DNA from: an uncultured archaeon
Lineage (GTDB): Archaea > Iainarchaeota > Iainarchaeia > Iainarchaeales > CSSED10-239
DNA: 32,000 nt
Direction: 5' to 3'
NCBI GenBank assembly: GCA_964586355.1
Contig: CAZPGO010000005.1
Span: forward strand, 1 to 32,000
Made by a program: the position numbers and the translations under genes. Numbering within the stretch: position 1 is the first letter of the stretch; each line of letters begins with the position of its first letter. The notes beneath the pieces were generated by a model. The model had not been told where the DNA came from. It saw nothing but the letters and a program-made list of their open reading frames with translations, and ran no database searches. Of this stretch, positions 9,301 through 17,800 are shown piece by piece.

Positions 9301-10796
9301 GAGAAGGAGTTAATGTTTTAGAGTTTGTTAATGGAGTGCAAAACACTTTTAATAGCAATTTAGATTTATCCATTCAAGAATATGTTCCAAATAACGTTTG
9401 TCAAATACCAGCAACATCAGCAAATATAGCTGGAATTGATTTTATAGATTATTGGTTTAATGAATCAGTTTATGGTTCTATTGTACAATCTAATTGGAAT
9501 CAAGAGGATGTTCAATTACTTAAAAACACATTAACTTTTGATGCTTATTTAATGACAGACAATTATAATCAAAGTTTTAAAGATGCATTTGATAGAGCAT
9601 ATGGAGGAAAAGCATCAAAGGATCAAGGAATTGGTGTTAGTGAGTTTGCATTTTTAGCAAATCCTGGTTCTCTATATACTGATGATTATTTGTCTCCTTT
9701 GTTTAAAGATAATTTAGAGTTTATATTAAGATATTCTACAGACACCTCAGGAGTTAATATTTCTACTCCAGGATTATATAGAGTAAGAATAGATTTGTTC
9801 TTTAACAACTCTGAATGGAAAATGAAAAATGTTACTGGGGCTGTAGATCTTAATGCAACAGTAAGCTTTGAATATCTAAGAGGGCCTGATCATCAAAGTG
9901 TGTTTTATAGATTGCCATTTAATGGATTTACTGGTCTTAATTCATCAGGGTATGATAGACAGAACTATGGTCTTTCTTATGTTGGTGATGAGATACTTAT
10001 TACTGATGTGGCTGGTTTAAATATTTTAACAAAACAAGATAATGGCTCTAATCCTTTAAGATATATTTTTGTTACAAGAGAAACAGATTTTTATAAAACA
10101 AATAGTGATGTTGAGAGTAGAGGTAATGTTCTAGCAATCTATAGAGATCAAATAAACTCTAATAACTTTAATATGGTGTTTTCACCTAGTGTTGCTACAC
10201 CTGTATTAATGAATGTTAGAAAAGACATTGTTAGACCATTTAGTGCTTATTATCAATTAATTGATAAAACAGATAACTATGATCAACCAGTATATGGTCA
10301 AAACAATTTATTGTTTTGGACAGGGTTTGGAGATCACACAGATTTTTCAGGAGATACTACTCAAGCAAGATTTGTTGCTTTTTCAGATAGAATGTCTAGA
10401 TTAGATGAACCTGCAAGTAGTAGTTATGCTGTTGATTGGGATAATGTTTCTAGAAGAGGACAAGTAAATCTAAGAACAATAATTTACACACCATATACTA
10501 GAAACAATCAACCAAAAAATTACACATTAATTAGCAAATCTACTCAAGATCCTTCTGTTAAGTTTATTAAAAATCTAGAAGATTTTTCAACAAGTGTTTC
10601 TTTACCTGATACTCAAGAAACTACCATTAATAGCATAAGATCTGTATTTGAAAATATAGAAAATGGAAATATCTGTGTAACCAATTCTGAGGATGGTCTA
10701 AGATCTGAGTATTATTGGAACCCTCAAAAAATATATCCAGAAGATAGTATTTATACTGGTAACTTTGATGGTTTTGATTTAGGGTTTATTAATTAA
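3342..10796 (+). CDS. Giant membrane-anchored surface protein (2484 aa): short N-terminal tail, one TM helix, multiple beta-sandwich (carboxypeptidase-regulatory-like/Ig-like) repeats, conserved C-terminal module
   Basis: A 7.4-kb uninterrupted ORF. The hydrophobic helix LTSLFLFFLLVVIILFLIFNPF is at ~3447-3512. There are repeated units of the type 'V.V.D..G..I..A.V.......TD..G...F..L..G.Y.L.....GY'. The C-terminal module starts at ~8574 (MVPKIALDW 8685-8711, YCDATQ 8751-8768, FDAYLMTDNY from 9537, LLFWTGF, TIIYTP). A TATA-like box is at 3311-3318 and a T-rich tract follows the stop. Confidence 0.9.
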   Translation: MAGLTFSEKYQNFLDKINNRIPIKSITKPLDKKNPLTSLFLFFLLVVIILFLIFNPFSFKEKADYNEVVIKLADDTGNILEDFSFVIKDVLENRDLELQTDSTGKTIVTLDTKKAYDFFLEKVGYKRKVLSIDPNQLEHKITLEVYELPSTSSKTLMLLDSQTKELIKENMSLTITCENTNEVINPTASQAENGQITVEVPANCGRIVATAASSTYFAQNILVSENQNQLLLNKINDQITVGSGEAKIFVKSGTNILDGIEVRIFKEEDPINPVSTKETPFGAVYFKDLEVGEYIVSINDIRGNYQSTDQRITIEKDKLTEAVVQVLATGNNDNPNLGDEIDSNIVTKEIIVIVKDLLTSSEIIDLEEEVIVKILEDGNLTKDVRAYAPGGVSFNIEENKSYTIVVTAKKYINTSRVISPNVNEYNIFLEPITESNVSNINIVARDEDDLFVSRATLLVYDANTGFIDARFDPILTDLNGSATFRDVPKGNYFIKLRKSVVDGSSENFNHLPPTDTNRSVNVVIGNGTININIKNNYTDPVADAQITIYNSDGTIIGSDTASATGTYSRELKADKIVYLKISKEGYLDYYTNLLPIIKNQTTSKEIMLYRSQENTLPIIDYLGVYDLASDSLVDSLTQNKQYNFKFRVVSPNNASNVNFGLNFIVGGAENVNDDFVFIRSVTQNLGQVTYYESENGSPLPQGSPAKYVKVNYQSMPNGVYEVTIPMQVSSANRGDAVPMFYFGYSLEDTTFREQEIYYIDAEQLCDDSFCISGQILDLSENISEDLTSSLNVSTMVNNNYRLEYTITNAENNTYSQARFSIKNTESSSDDLEIMAQAIDIKRYSLSGLINQTRGEQSSPRHKIPDDADYLSIPQINVYDSQNIDLNITPISIGTTKLNHRILADQAIVYDKPITFGVSNQYQFNISYEPLNIVPNTPFVLTVSTRDTEGNPVVDGIVNIYQKIGNNTNTITSGTYRTNQEGMVQINMPSLYVNEKIIIEVQKAMYYATPVEIVVSEDVVEARKNNTLITLENPLEINIHKTELEGEIEKITLKNKTEFDLVLKSFLDTDLSFSNSSFVNLSQTLKHLNSQVTNNSFVIPANGEKELNIRASPFSNAIIDLFEPVEVVGSISARVSKVGSSSNYNFEIPINVKLSVGEGVDVDDCLIIQGAPETWESIITGNGQQEITFTLLNNCVAKGNDEQHISLKNIRAKMSQEGDRYGAYTLRIEDKSITLSEGSYQTIITGVEPRKEYSVTLRYNSYGANFADIKSNIYINAQVETNNGLSYVNKAKELALKTDISVLNIADCIEFFDDGKKINNQLIIPSEKIIDDMGDPKTLIIKNNCSDKARFEVFFCGENKEYAGCQGLNYTNMSGSYQNKVSFNIGETSQEVGIVKPSVPGGYVILAKIKPLSVQGLPISGATVEKKLKINVQHFLYMQDPFIEVSRYDDQVYRSPTVNLLNKDIDDSAWDYATTLADDGFSNYMSNLFPYFNSKYDNIKFVTYDRTTFTNDAYKRFTNDWVFIVSPATAAIDRLLSTFSNNFTEKLTNQTPFIYTDLLNISENQEKTKTISLDSSDAEIAFISIWDIQAMRYKKIYNISKEIKGKLIKDRVFSEVLDLCTGSNLVLGNADVSYVSDPRNCSNLRLEGNLVDGYISKINCDGGWNFGRKQIKVTYNNYVECRYNETIWPEQAGKKPIQFTVPEESEIYERLENGDQIYKEIEFYPTLDDSLEEIDPAFVGAEDIGKFRFAIYAYEKEPKITTDQEIVKCMTDTGKLGDTGPGMVPKIALDWAWSFDDLNKCANTYCDATQLSQEILNRIKKAEDVLNNNRANISCPKSTQQLSDELLDGTYSVNATPQAYEVELPVNKIGINEVNIGQRDGLLAIRASVQNRTALSLSGNLSINLGDQTLSKIELLGCFSGTNLISCQGVEPEWHVFDIDQPGTNIVPVTITPVGDDDTTEVIFIYGTEDAVLEGSHPLNISFEVSPREGVNVLEFVNGVQNTFNSNLDLSIQEYVPNNVCQIPATSANIAGIDFIDYWFNESVYGSIVQSNWNQEDVQLLKNTLTFDAYLMTDNYNQSFKDAFDRAYGGKASKDQGIGVSEFAFLANPGSLYTDDYLSPLFKDNLEFILRYSTDTSGVNISTPGLYRVRIDLFFNNSEWKMKNVTGAVDLNATVSFEYLRGPDHQSVFYRLPFNGFTGLNSSGYDRQNYGLSYVGDEILITDVAGLNILTKQDNGSNPLRYIFVTRETDFYKTNSDVESRGNVLAIYRDQINSNNFNMVFSPSVATPVLMNVRKDIVRPFSAYYQLIDKTDNYDQPVYGQNNLLFWTGFGDHTDFSGDTTQARFVAFSDRMSRLDEPASSSYAVDWDNVSRRGQVNLRTIIYTPYTRNNQPKNYTLISKSTQDPSVKFIKNLEDFSTSVSLPDTQETTINSIRSVFENIENGNICVTNSEDGLRSEYYWNPQKIYPEDSIYTGNFDGFDLGFIN

Positions 10797-10817
10797 TTTT
10801 CCCCTCTTTTTTTCTTA
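10797..10817 (+). terminator. T-rich tract after the 2484-aa ORF (oligo-T terminator candidate)
   Basis: ttttcccctctttttttctt follows the TAA stop directly. Confidence 0.35.
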
Positions 10818-10848
10818 AAAAGTAATCTTTTTAAAACATATCTAAAAC

Positions 10849-10858
10849 TATATATATA
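10849..10858 (+). promoter_or_regulatory. TATA-like box upstream of the 603-aa gene (possible promoter of a five-gene unit, 10885-22233)
   Basis: tatatatata lies 27-36 nt upstream of the ATG at 10885. Confidence 0.3.
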
Positions 10859-10884
10859 GATAAATATATTTTTGGAGATCTTAT

Positions 10885-12696
10885 ATGTTAAACTTAAAAA
10901 ATCTGATGATCATCAGTATTTTATATCTTTTAATTGGCTTTTCTTTTGCAAATGGTGTGGATGATGTTCTTACTATTAATGGATTAAATTTAAATGTTAA
11001 TTCAAATAATTTAAATGAGATATATGCTTTAGATAACTCTCCAGCAACCTGTACAATTACAGAAGTTTTAGAGTCTGGTATGGTTGTTTGTGATCTTAAT
11101 TCTAGTGTTGATTATTTTGTTGTTACTTCTTCAAATATAAATATTATTAATAATCAAGGATCTCCAGTAAATAATATTAAACTAAAAATAGTTAACGACA
11201 CTACTTTCTTATTTTTAGAAAATAGATTTTTATCTAAAGAGGGTCTAAAAATTAATATTAAAGAATTAGAAGTTGCAAGTAATAAAAAACTAACATTTAA
11301 AAGATCTGTTTCTAAAGTTGCAACAACAGTTTTAACAGAGAATATTTCTGTTATAAAAGTAATTAGCAATATTGAAAAAATAAAATTAAATTATAATTCC
11401 AAATTTGTTATAGATTTTTCTAATAGATATCAAAAAAGTTTGTTTTCAGTAATTAGAAATCATTTTTATTTAACCTCACAAAATCAAGTAGGATATTTTT
11501 TTGACGAGCTTAATGCTGCTAGAGAAAATAAATTCTATTTAGGTTCTGACTCTTTAGATTTTTCTAAGACACATATAGAGATTTCTAATGATGCTAATTT
11601 TTTTATAACTTTAAACAATTCTTCTTCTGTTGAGCAATTAGATTCTTCATTTTTGTTATATTCTTTAAATAATAATAATGATGTTACTCCTTGGCAATAC
11701 CCTACACATAATGACTGCCCAAAAACTCTGGTTACTATGATTTTGGAAGACGAGGAAGATGAGGGGCCTGAAGAGTATCCAGATTATTGTTCTAATGAGC
11801 AACAAGATGAGGATGAAGAAGGAATAGATTGTGGGGGTTCTTGTGAACCTTGTGATTTAGAATCAAGTTTATCTGAATCAGATTTTGAAGTTGAATTCCA
11901 GAGTTGTTGTGGGGAGGATGTTTTTTCTTGTTGTGATGATTCAGAAACGGAAAAAAAATATTTGTCACTAGAATATTCTTTGATTGGCACTATCCTATTC
12001 AAGTCTGTAGAAAATAATGGTGTTTTAGAAATATTTGCTTATCCTCAAATTCTATCAGAAGGTTATAAAGAGGGTGATTCTACTTATAATTTAGAAAACT
12101 CAGAAAAAACAAGCACCATTTTTTATTTTGAAGATTATTTAGGATCTAACTATCCATTAACACTAAACAATTTTTCTAGTAATATTGTTTATTTTTCTAC
12201 TTGTGATGATCAATTGACTAAATTAGAAAATACTGATTATAATGTTTGTTTATTTTATAATTATTCAAATAATAATAATTTGCCATTAACTGTTGACGAG
12301 ATATCTACTCTTGTTCCATCAAAAATTAGAAACTTTTCAAGAAACACTTGTAATGCTGTTAATGAATCTAATAGCAATTATAGCACATACTTAAATATGT
12401 CAAATGAAAAAAAAGCAAATCCTGTTTTATTTGGAAATATTAGTAAGATCTTTCCAAAGGAGCTTATAACTCCAAATATTAGTAATCAAAAGTTACTTGT
12501 TTATGATAATATTCAAAATAATTTTTTATTTAATTCAAATCTTTTAAAAAAAATAAATAATACTCAATTTTATTTATATAATAATTTGATTGATAGTAAT
12601 TATATTGGAAACAAAAGTCTTTATGCATTTGATTCTAATCTAAGTTATGAAAACAATTTGATTAGATTAGTCTATCCTTATAAACTTTATAAATAA
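10885..12696 (+). CDS. Secreted Asn-rich protein (603 aa) with a central acidic, Cys-rich segment
   Basis: ATG at 10885 is preceded by GGAG about 10 nt upstream. The N-terminus is signal-peptide-like (MLNLKNLMIISILYLLIGFSFANG). The acidic/Cys cluster DCPK...EDEEDEGPEEYPDYC...DEDEEGIDCGGSCEPCD...SCCGEDVFSCCDD is at 11713-11940. There are many N-x-S/T sequons. No family could be assigned. Confidence 0.8.
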   Translation: MLNLKNLMIISILYLLIGFSFANGVDDVLTINGLNLNVNSNNLNEIYALDNSPATCTITEVLESGMVVCDLNSSVDYFVVTSSNINIINNQGSPVNNIKLKIVNDTTFLFLENRFLSKEGLKINIKELEVASNKKLTFKRSVSKVATTVLTENISVIKVISNIEKIKLNYNSKFVIDFSNRYQKSLFSVIRNHFYLTSQNQVGYFFDELNAARENKFYLGSDSLDFSKTHIEISNDANFFITLNNSSSVEQLDSSFLLYSLNNNNDVTPWQYPTHNDCPKTLVTMILEDEEDEGPEEYPDYCSNEQQDEDEEGIDCGGSCEPCDLESSLSESDFEVEFQSCCGEDVFSCCDDSETEKKYLSLEYSLIGTILFKSVENNGVLEIFAYPQILSEGYKEGDSTYNLENSEKTSTIFYFEDYLGSNYPLTLNNFSSNIVYFSTCDDQLTKLENTDYNVCLFYNYSNNNNLPLTVDEISTLVPSKIRNFSRNTCNAVNESNSNYSTYLNMSNEKKANPVLFGNISKIFPKELITPNISNQKLLVYDNIQNNFLFNSNLLKKINNTQFYLYNNLIDSNYIGNKSLYAFDSNLSYENNLIRLVYPYKLYK

Positions 12697-12706
12697 CTGA
12701 AAATTT

Positions 12707-14845
12707 ATGAACTATAAAAAAATAAAAATAGCGACAATAATTTTTTTAATACTCTTTAGTGCAAATATATTTGCATGTACTCTGACTATGACCTCTGGAT
12801 TGTCACCCTATTTTATTTCCCGAGAAGATCATAATGATTCTAGTAGACATTTAGCAGAAATTACTTTACCTAGCTGGACCAATCATGATATTGTTTTAAC
12901 CAGAACTCCAGATTGTCAAGGAAAAACTATTGTTTTAGTTATTGATGATAATAAAACCATAAACATTACTGGAAATAAAGATAATTATAAAATAACAGGA
13001 ATGGATGTAGTGGAATTTCAAAATAATTCTGGAATTGTTTTTAATATTAATAATAATGATGATGAAGTAGAATTAACAACAATAGATATTAATGCAGATA
13101 TACAAACAAAACCAAATACAATAGCAAAACTAGAAGTTAATGAAGGGGAAAGAGAATTTGATCGTGATGATAGTTATAGAAAAGCACATGGAATAAAAGT
13201 TATTTCTAAAAATTTATTTGTAGAACAAGACTCAAATTTAGCAATAAATATTTCTTGTGATGATCCAGAAGAAGGTCCTTCAAGTACAAGTAATCCAGTT
13301 TCTGGTGTTGCTGGTGGTCCTGCTTTATTAGATTTTAATTCTATAATTAATTATGGTTCTTTAGGTGTGACTCTAAAAGCAGGTTCTGGAGGAAAAGGAA
13401 CCACAGGAAAAACAAAGCATCCAAGAAAATCAGGAGGAGATGGTGGTCTTGGTGGAGATGTTAATTTTTCTGTATTTTTTATAAACACAAAAGATTCTGC
13501 AAAATTTGATCTTAATTTAAAATCAGGAAATGGTGGTGCTGGTGGTTCAGGTGCTAGTGAAGGTGGGGGCCCGAGATGTGCAGGTACTCCTAAAAATGGT
13601 GGTGCTGGTGTTGATGCTGGTTTAGTTAATTTAAATGTTTCTAATCTAGCTTTTGATCAGAGCTCTCAAGTTTTTATTTCCCTAGAATCAGGTAATGGAG
13701 GTAAAGGAGGAAACTCTGGTCACAATCATTGTAGTGGTGATAATGCTAATGGGGGTAATGGTGGAAATGCAGGTAATATAATAGTAAATAATTTTGATGA
13801 TTTAAAAACCAGTGGGGATTTTACACTCTCTCTAATTTCGGGATCTGGGGGTAATGGAGGATCTAAAACCAGAGATGGTATTTATGGTTTTGGGGGTAAT
13901 GGAGGAAATATTTATGATCTAAATATTTCTAATTTTATAAATAATAGTGAAAATACAAAAATTACTTTTTTATCAGGTAAAAAAGGAAAAAATCCTAATT
14001 CGATGTCTCTGGCTTTTGATGGTCTTGCAGGTGGTATAGGGGATGTTAAAATTAATTATTTAGAAAATAGCAAAAGAGGGCTAGAGATCATAAAACAAGT
14101 AGATCAAACAACCTTAGATATTATTTCTGAGTTTTCTTGTGATCCTGAGAACCCCACAAATTTTGTAGAAACAGGAGATATTTATATAAATTATATTTCT
14201 AGTGGTAGTTATTTGCCAAGGTCTTTAAAGACCATAACTGCATATCCAATAGATAACACAAAAATAGAAATAGATGCTTGTTATCTTAAATCATCAGGAT
14301 TAAAAAAACTAGAATACCAAACAGGACAATTGATTTTAAACTCTGCAAATAAAGAGCATATTTTAAATGATTTTGATTATGAAAAATCAAGAATATTAAT
14401 ATTTACTAAAGAAGATAATGATTGCCCAATTTGTGATGCCCTAGAGTTAACAAATCTTAATAGGGTTGATGAAACCTATAAGATCTATTCTAATAATGCT
14501 GGAACAATACAGGCAGGAGATCTTAAAATATATTATCTTAAAGAAGATCAAGAGATATTTAAGCCAAATTATTTAGGTGATCAAGAAGAGTATATAGTTT
14601 ACACAAATAAAGCAGATATTCCGTCTCAAAACAGCTCTCAATTCTCTGAAGCTGGTCTTTTTGAATATGTTTTATCTAAAGAGAATTTATTTTCTCCGAG
14701 ATATAATAATGTATTAAGTGAAATTACTGACTCAAAGGCATATTGCCCGGGTCAACAATACAAGATTAAATTCACTATTGCCTTAGATGATGGTACTTCA
14801 AAAACAATTAATATGCCCTTTATTCCAATATATGGTTTTGAATAA
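12707..14845 (+). CDS. Putative lipoprotein/secreted protein (712 aa) with a periodic glycine-rich (GNGG/GGxGG) repeat region, probably a solenoid or beta-helix
   Basis: ATG lies 10 nt after the upstream stop. The N-terminus MNYKKIKIATIIFLILFSANIFAC has a lipobox-like Cys. The central ~260 aa have about 5-6 units of ~45-52 aa, each alternating a Gly-rich turn (SGNGGAGGSG, SGNGGKGGNSG, GGNGGNAGN, SGSGGNGGSK, GGNGGN) with a beta-strand-like pattern (V.L.V.N...). Confidence 0.85.
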   Translation: MNYKKIKIATIIFLILFSANIFACTLTMTSGLSPYFISREDHNDSSRHLAEITLPSWTNHDIVLTRTPDCQGKTIVLVIDDNKTINITGNKDNYKITGMDVVEFQNNSGIVFNINNNDDEVELTTIDINADIQTKPNTIAKLEVNEGEREFDRDDSYRKAHGIKVISKNLFVEQDSNLAINISCDDPEEGPSSTSNPVSGVAGGPALLDFNSIINYGSLGVTLKAGSGGKGTTGKTKHPRKSGGDGGLGGDVNFSVFFINTKDSAKFDLNLKSGNGGAGGSGASEGGGPRCAGTPKNGGAGVDAGLVNLNVSNLAFDQSSQVFISLESGNGGKGGNSGHNHCSGDNANGGNGGNAGNIIVNNFDDLKTSGDFTLSLISGSGGNGGSKTRDGIYGFGGNGGNIYDLNISNFINNSENTKITFLSGKKGKNPNSMSLAFDGLAGGIGDVKINYLENSKRGLEIIKQVDQTTLDIISEFSCDPENPTNFVETGDIYINYISSGSYLPRSLKTITAYPIDNTKIEIDACYLKSSGLKKLEYQTGQLILNSANKEHILNDFDYEKSRILIFTKEDNDCPICDALELTNLNRVDETYKIYSNNAGTIQAGDLKIYYLKEDQEIFKPNYLGDQEEYIVYTNKADIPSQNSSQFSEAGLFEYVLSKENLFSPRYNNVLSEITDSKAYCPGQQYKIKFTIALDDGTSKTINMPFIPIYGFE
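13290..14070 (+). repeat. In-frame coding repeat region (glycine-rich ~45-52-aa periodic units) inside the 712-aa ORF
   Basis: The recurrent pattern 'GG.GG.G.[VI].[FL].[VI]..[FL]......[FI].[LI].L.SG.GG.GG' is read directly from the translation (aa ~195-455). The units are degenerate at the nucleotide level. Confidence 0.7.
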
Positions 14846-14865
14846 AAATAAAATTTAGATTTATT

Positions 14866-17800
14866 ATGAATAATCAAGAACTAGACAAAATATATAATGT
14901 TTTAAAAACAAAAACTAAATCTTTTACTGAAAAAGATCTAAGAGAAGTAATTTTAGATGATGGTTATTCTTTAGAAGATGCTAATCTTTTAATAAACAAA
15001 CTAAAACAAAATAATTTTGTTTTTAAAGATGATCTAGACAAAAATCAGACAAAAGGAACAGATAAAAAAAAAGAAGCAGAAAAGCTATTAAAAGAAATAG
15101 GTAAAGATCTAAAAAAAGAAGAAAAAACAGATTCAAATAAAGGAAAGTCAAAAGATCTAAAAGACTCACAAAAAGATTCAAAAGAAAAACCTAAAAAACC
15201 AAAAGTAAATCTCTTTAAAAAATTAGTAGTATTCTTAAAAAGCATTTATTTCTTTTTTGAAGACAAGTATTATGATCTAATGGATGCTATAAACAAAGTA
15301 ATACCAGTAAATAAATTAATAGATAAGATAGATAAAAAATTCCCTAGTTTTATATTATTTATTCTTTTTTTAGTGGGTTTGATTTTTTTAATTTGGTATC
15401 TTGTAACTACTGGGAGTATAAGTGCAATATTTTCAGGAGCAAGTCAAGGAACAATAACAGTATCTGTTGTAGATATTACTGGCTCTGCAATTACTGGTGC
15501 TAATGTTTTACTAACAGCAAATGATGAAAATATAGATGCTCTTAATACAGATGCTTGGGGAGAAGTTATTTTTAAAGATCTGAAAATAAATAAAAGGCAT
15601 ACAATCAAATTAACAGTAAGCAAAGAAGCATATGACACAAAAACAAAAGAAATAACTTTTGATAAGAAACAGATGTTTGAAAAAATAACATTAGATATAG
15701 ACACTTCTGAAATTACAAACATTGTATCCCCTGAGCAAGAAAGAGAAATTTCCTTCTTTTCTGATAATGTTGCAGTTATTGGTAAAAACTTAGATGTTAG
15801 ATTATTTTGTTCTGCACAAAATAAAGAGCCCTCACCGAAACAACAAATAGTTATTACTGGAAAAATAACTGTGGAGCAACCAGCAAATTGTGGAGATCTA
15901 AGAATAGAGGTTTATTCTCAAGATTATGAAACCATAACTAATATGATTGTGCCAGAAAGTAATAGAATAAGTCTATCTAAGAAAAACCAAAATTATGGAA
16001 CCCTAGAAGTAACAGTAAAAGGCTCATCAGGATCTGCAATTCCTGATGCTGTGGTAAAAATATTTAAAGCAAATGATCCTACAACAATTCTTGATGAATC
16101 AGCTATTGCTGTTTCAACTCTTGCAACAGATTTTTATGGCAAAGCCATTTTCAGATTATCTCCGGGAAATTATAAATTATCTGTTGATAAATCAGGGTAT
16201 ATTACAATACCAAAATCCAGAGTATATTCTGTAACATTAAACAACACCACTACAGCTAGTTATAATTTATTTAGTGTTAATGAGCTAAATGATATTGATT
16301 GTAGCAATCCAATATATGCGGAGTTTTGTACAGTTTCTGGAGATCTTAACTGCGAATATGATCTTTTAACCCCATATCTAATAATGAATCCTGATGGTAG
16401 TTGTTTAATTGGCACCTTAGGTTATATTGATGTTACTCTAAAAGATCAAAATACTTTAGAATCAATTAATGGAGATATTTCTTTATGGAAAAAAGATCTA
16501 GATACCAATACCTTTTCATTAGTTGCTACTAGATCTGATGTTAATAAAACCCTGTTTAATGTTCTTACAGACAACACTTATCAATTAAGAGTTTCTAATA
16601 CTGAGCAATATGGGTATTTACCACCAAATCCAGAAATTATAACTACACTAGATACTAATAAAATTATTTATCTAGAATATCAATCATGGGTAAATAGTGG
16701 AGATGTTAATGTTAATGTTAAGTATAGTGGAATAAATGTTGATGGTGCTTCTGTTTATTTATTTTATGGCTCAGGAGAAAATGAAGACACCCCCTACCCA
16801 ACAGATCCCAAAGTAACAAACTCTAGAGGAGATGTTTCTTTTAGAGGAATAAGATCTGGACAGAAATATTATGCAATGTCTATCTTGTCTTATGAAAATA
16901 TTCAAGGAGAATCTCAAAGAAGAACATTAGATGCTAATGAAACCATAAATCTAAATATTAATTTACAAAACCAATCAAGAATTTTGAATCTAAAAGTAAA
17001 CACCCCAGATTATGGAATTTCTTTTTATGATTTTTCTGGAGAAAAGCTTACAGAATATATTACTAATGAAGTAAATGGTAGTGATCTAAATAAAGAATAT
17101 ATTTTTAATTCAAACGACCAAGAGATCTATGCTGTTATTTCTGCATTGGGGTATTCAACTTACCAAACAGAGCAAATAATCTTAGTTCCTGGAGATACTG
17201 TTTATAAAAATGTAGTTTTAACTCCCCCAGAGTCAACACCATATTCAGAAATAGAATATTTAGGGTTGTTTGATCAAACAGGTACTAGAGAAATAAGTTA
17301 TATTGATTTTGTAGGAAATAATAATTTAGAAAAAGAATATCAACTAAAATACAAAATAAACTTGTCTCCAAAACAAGAAAGGGATTTTTCTTATGCTTTT
17401 GTGAGATTGGGTAATAATTTATTAGTAAATGATGATTATCTATATATACAATCAGTATTTGCTCCAGACTCAGAAAAACAGTTTGGTTGTAGATTTTCTG
17501 GAGAGTTAGAAGATTGGAATATGACTCATTATATAAATAATTATGAAACAGATCAAAGCCTTAATAATTGTCCAAGCGGTAAATCTAAATGGGTGAAGAT
17601 TGATTTTACTGAGTCTTTGGCTGATACTATTGTGTTTACTGTTAATTTTAAGTTTCAAAATGGTATAACAAATATTAGTAATTATAAACAATATTACAGA
17701 GCACTTACAAACAACGATAGAGAATATGATTTTTCCCCAGATCTAACAAACTGGCAAACATGGTCAGTAAAACCTGAGGGTTTCTTCTATGCTGAATCTG

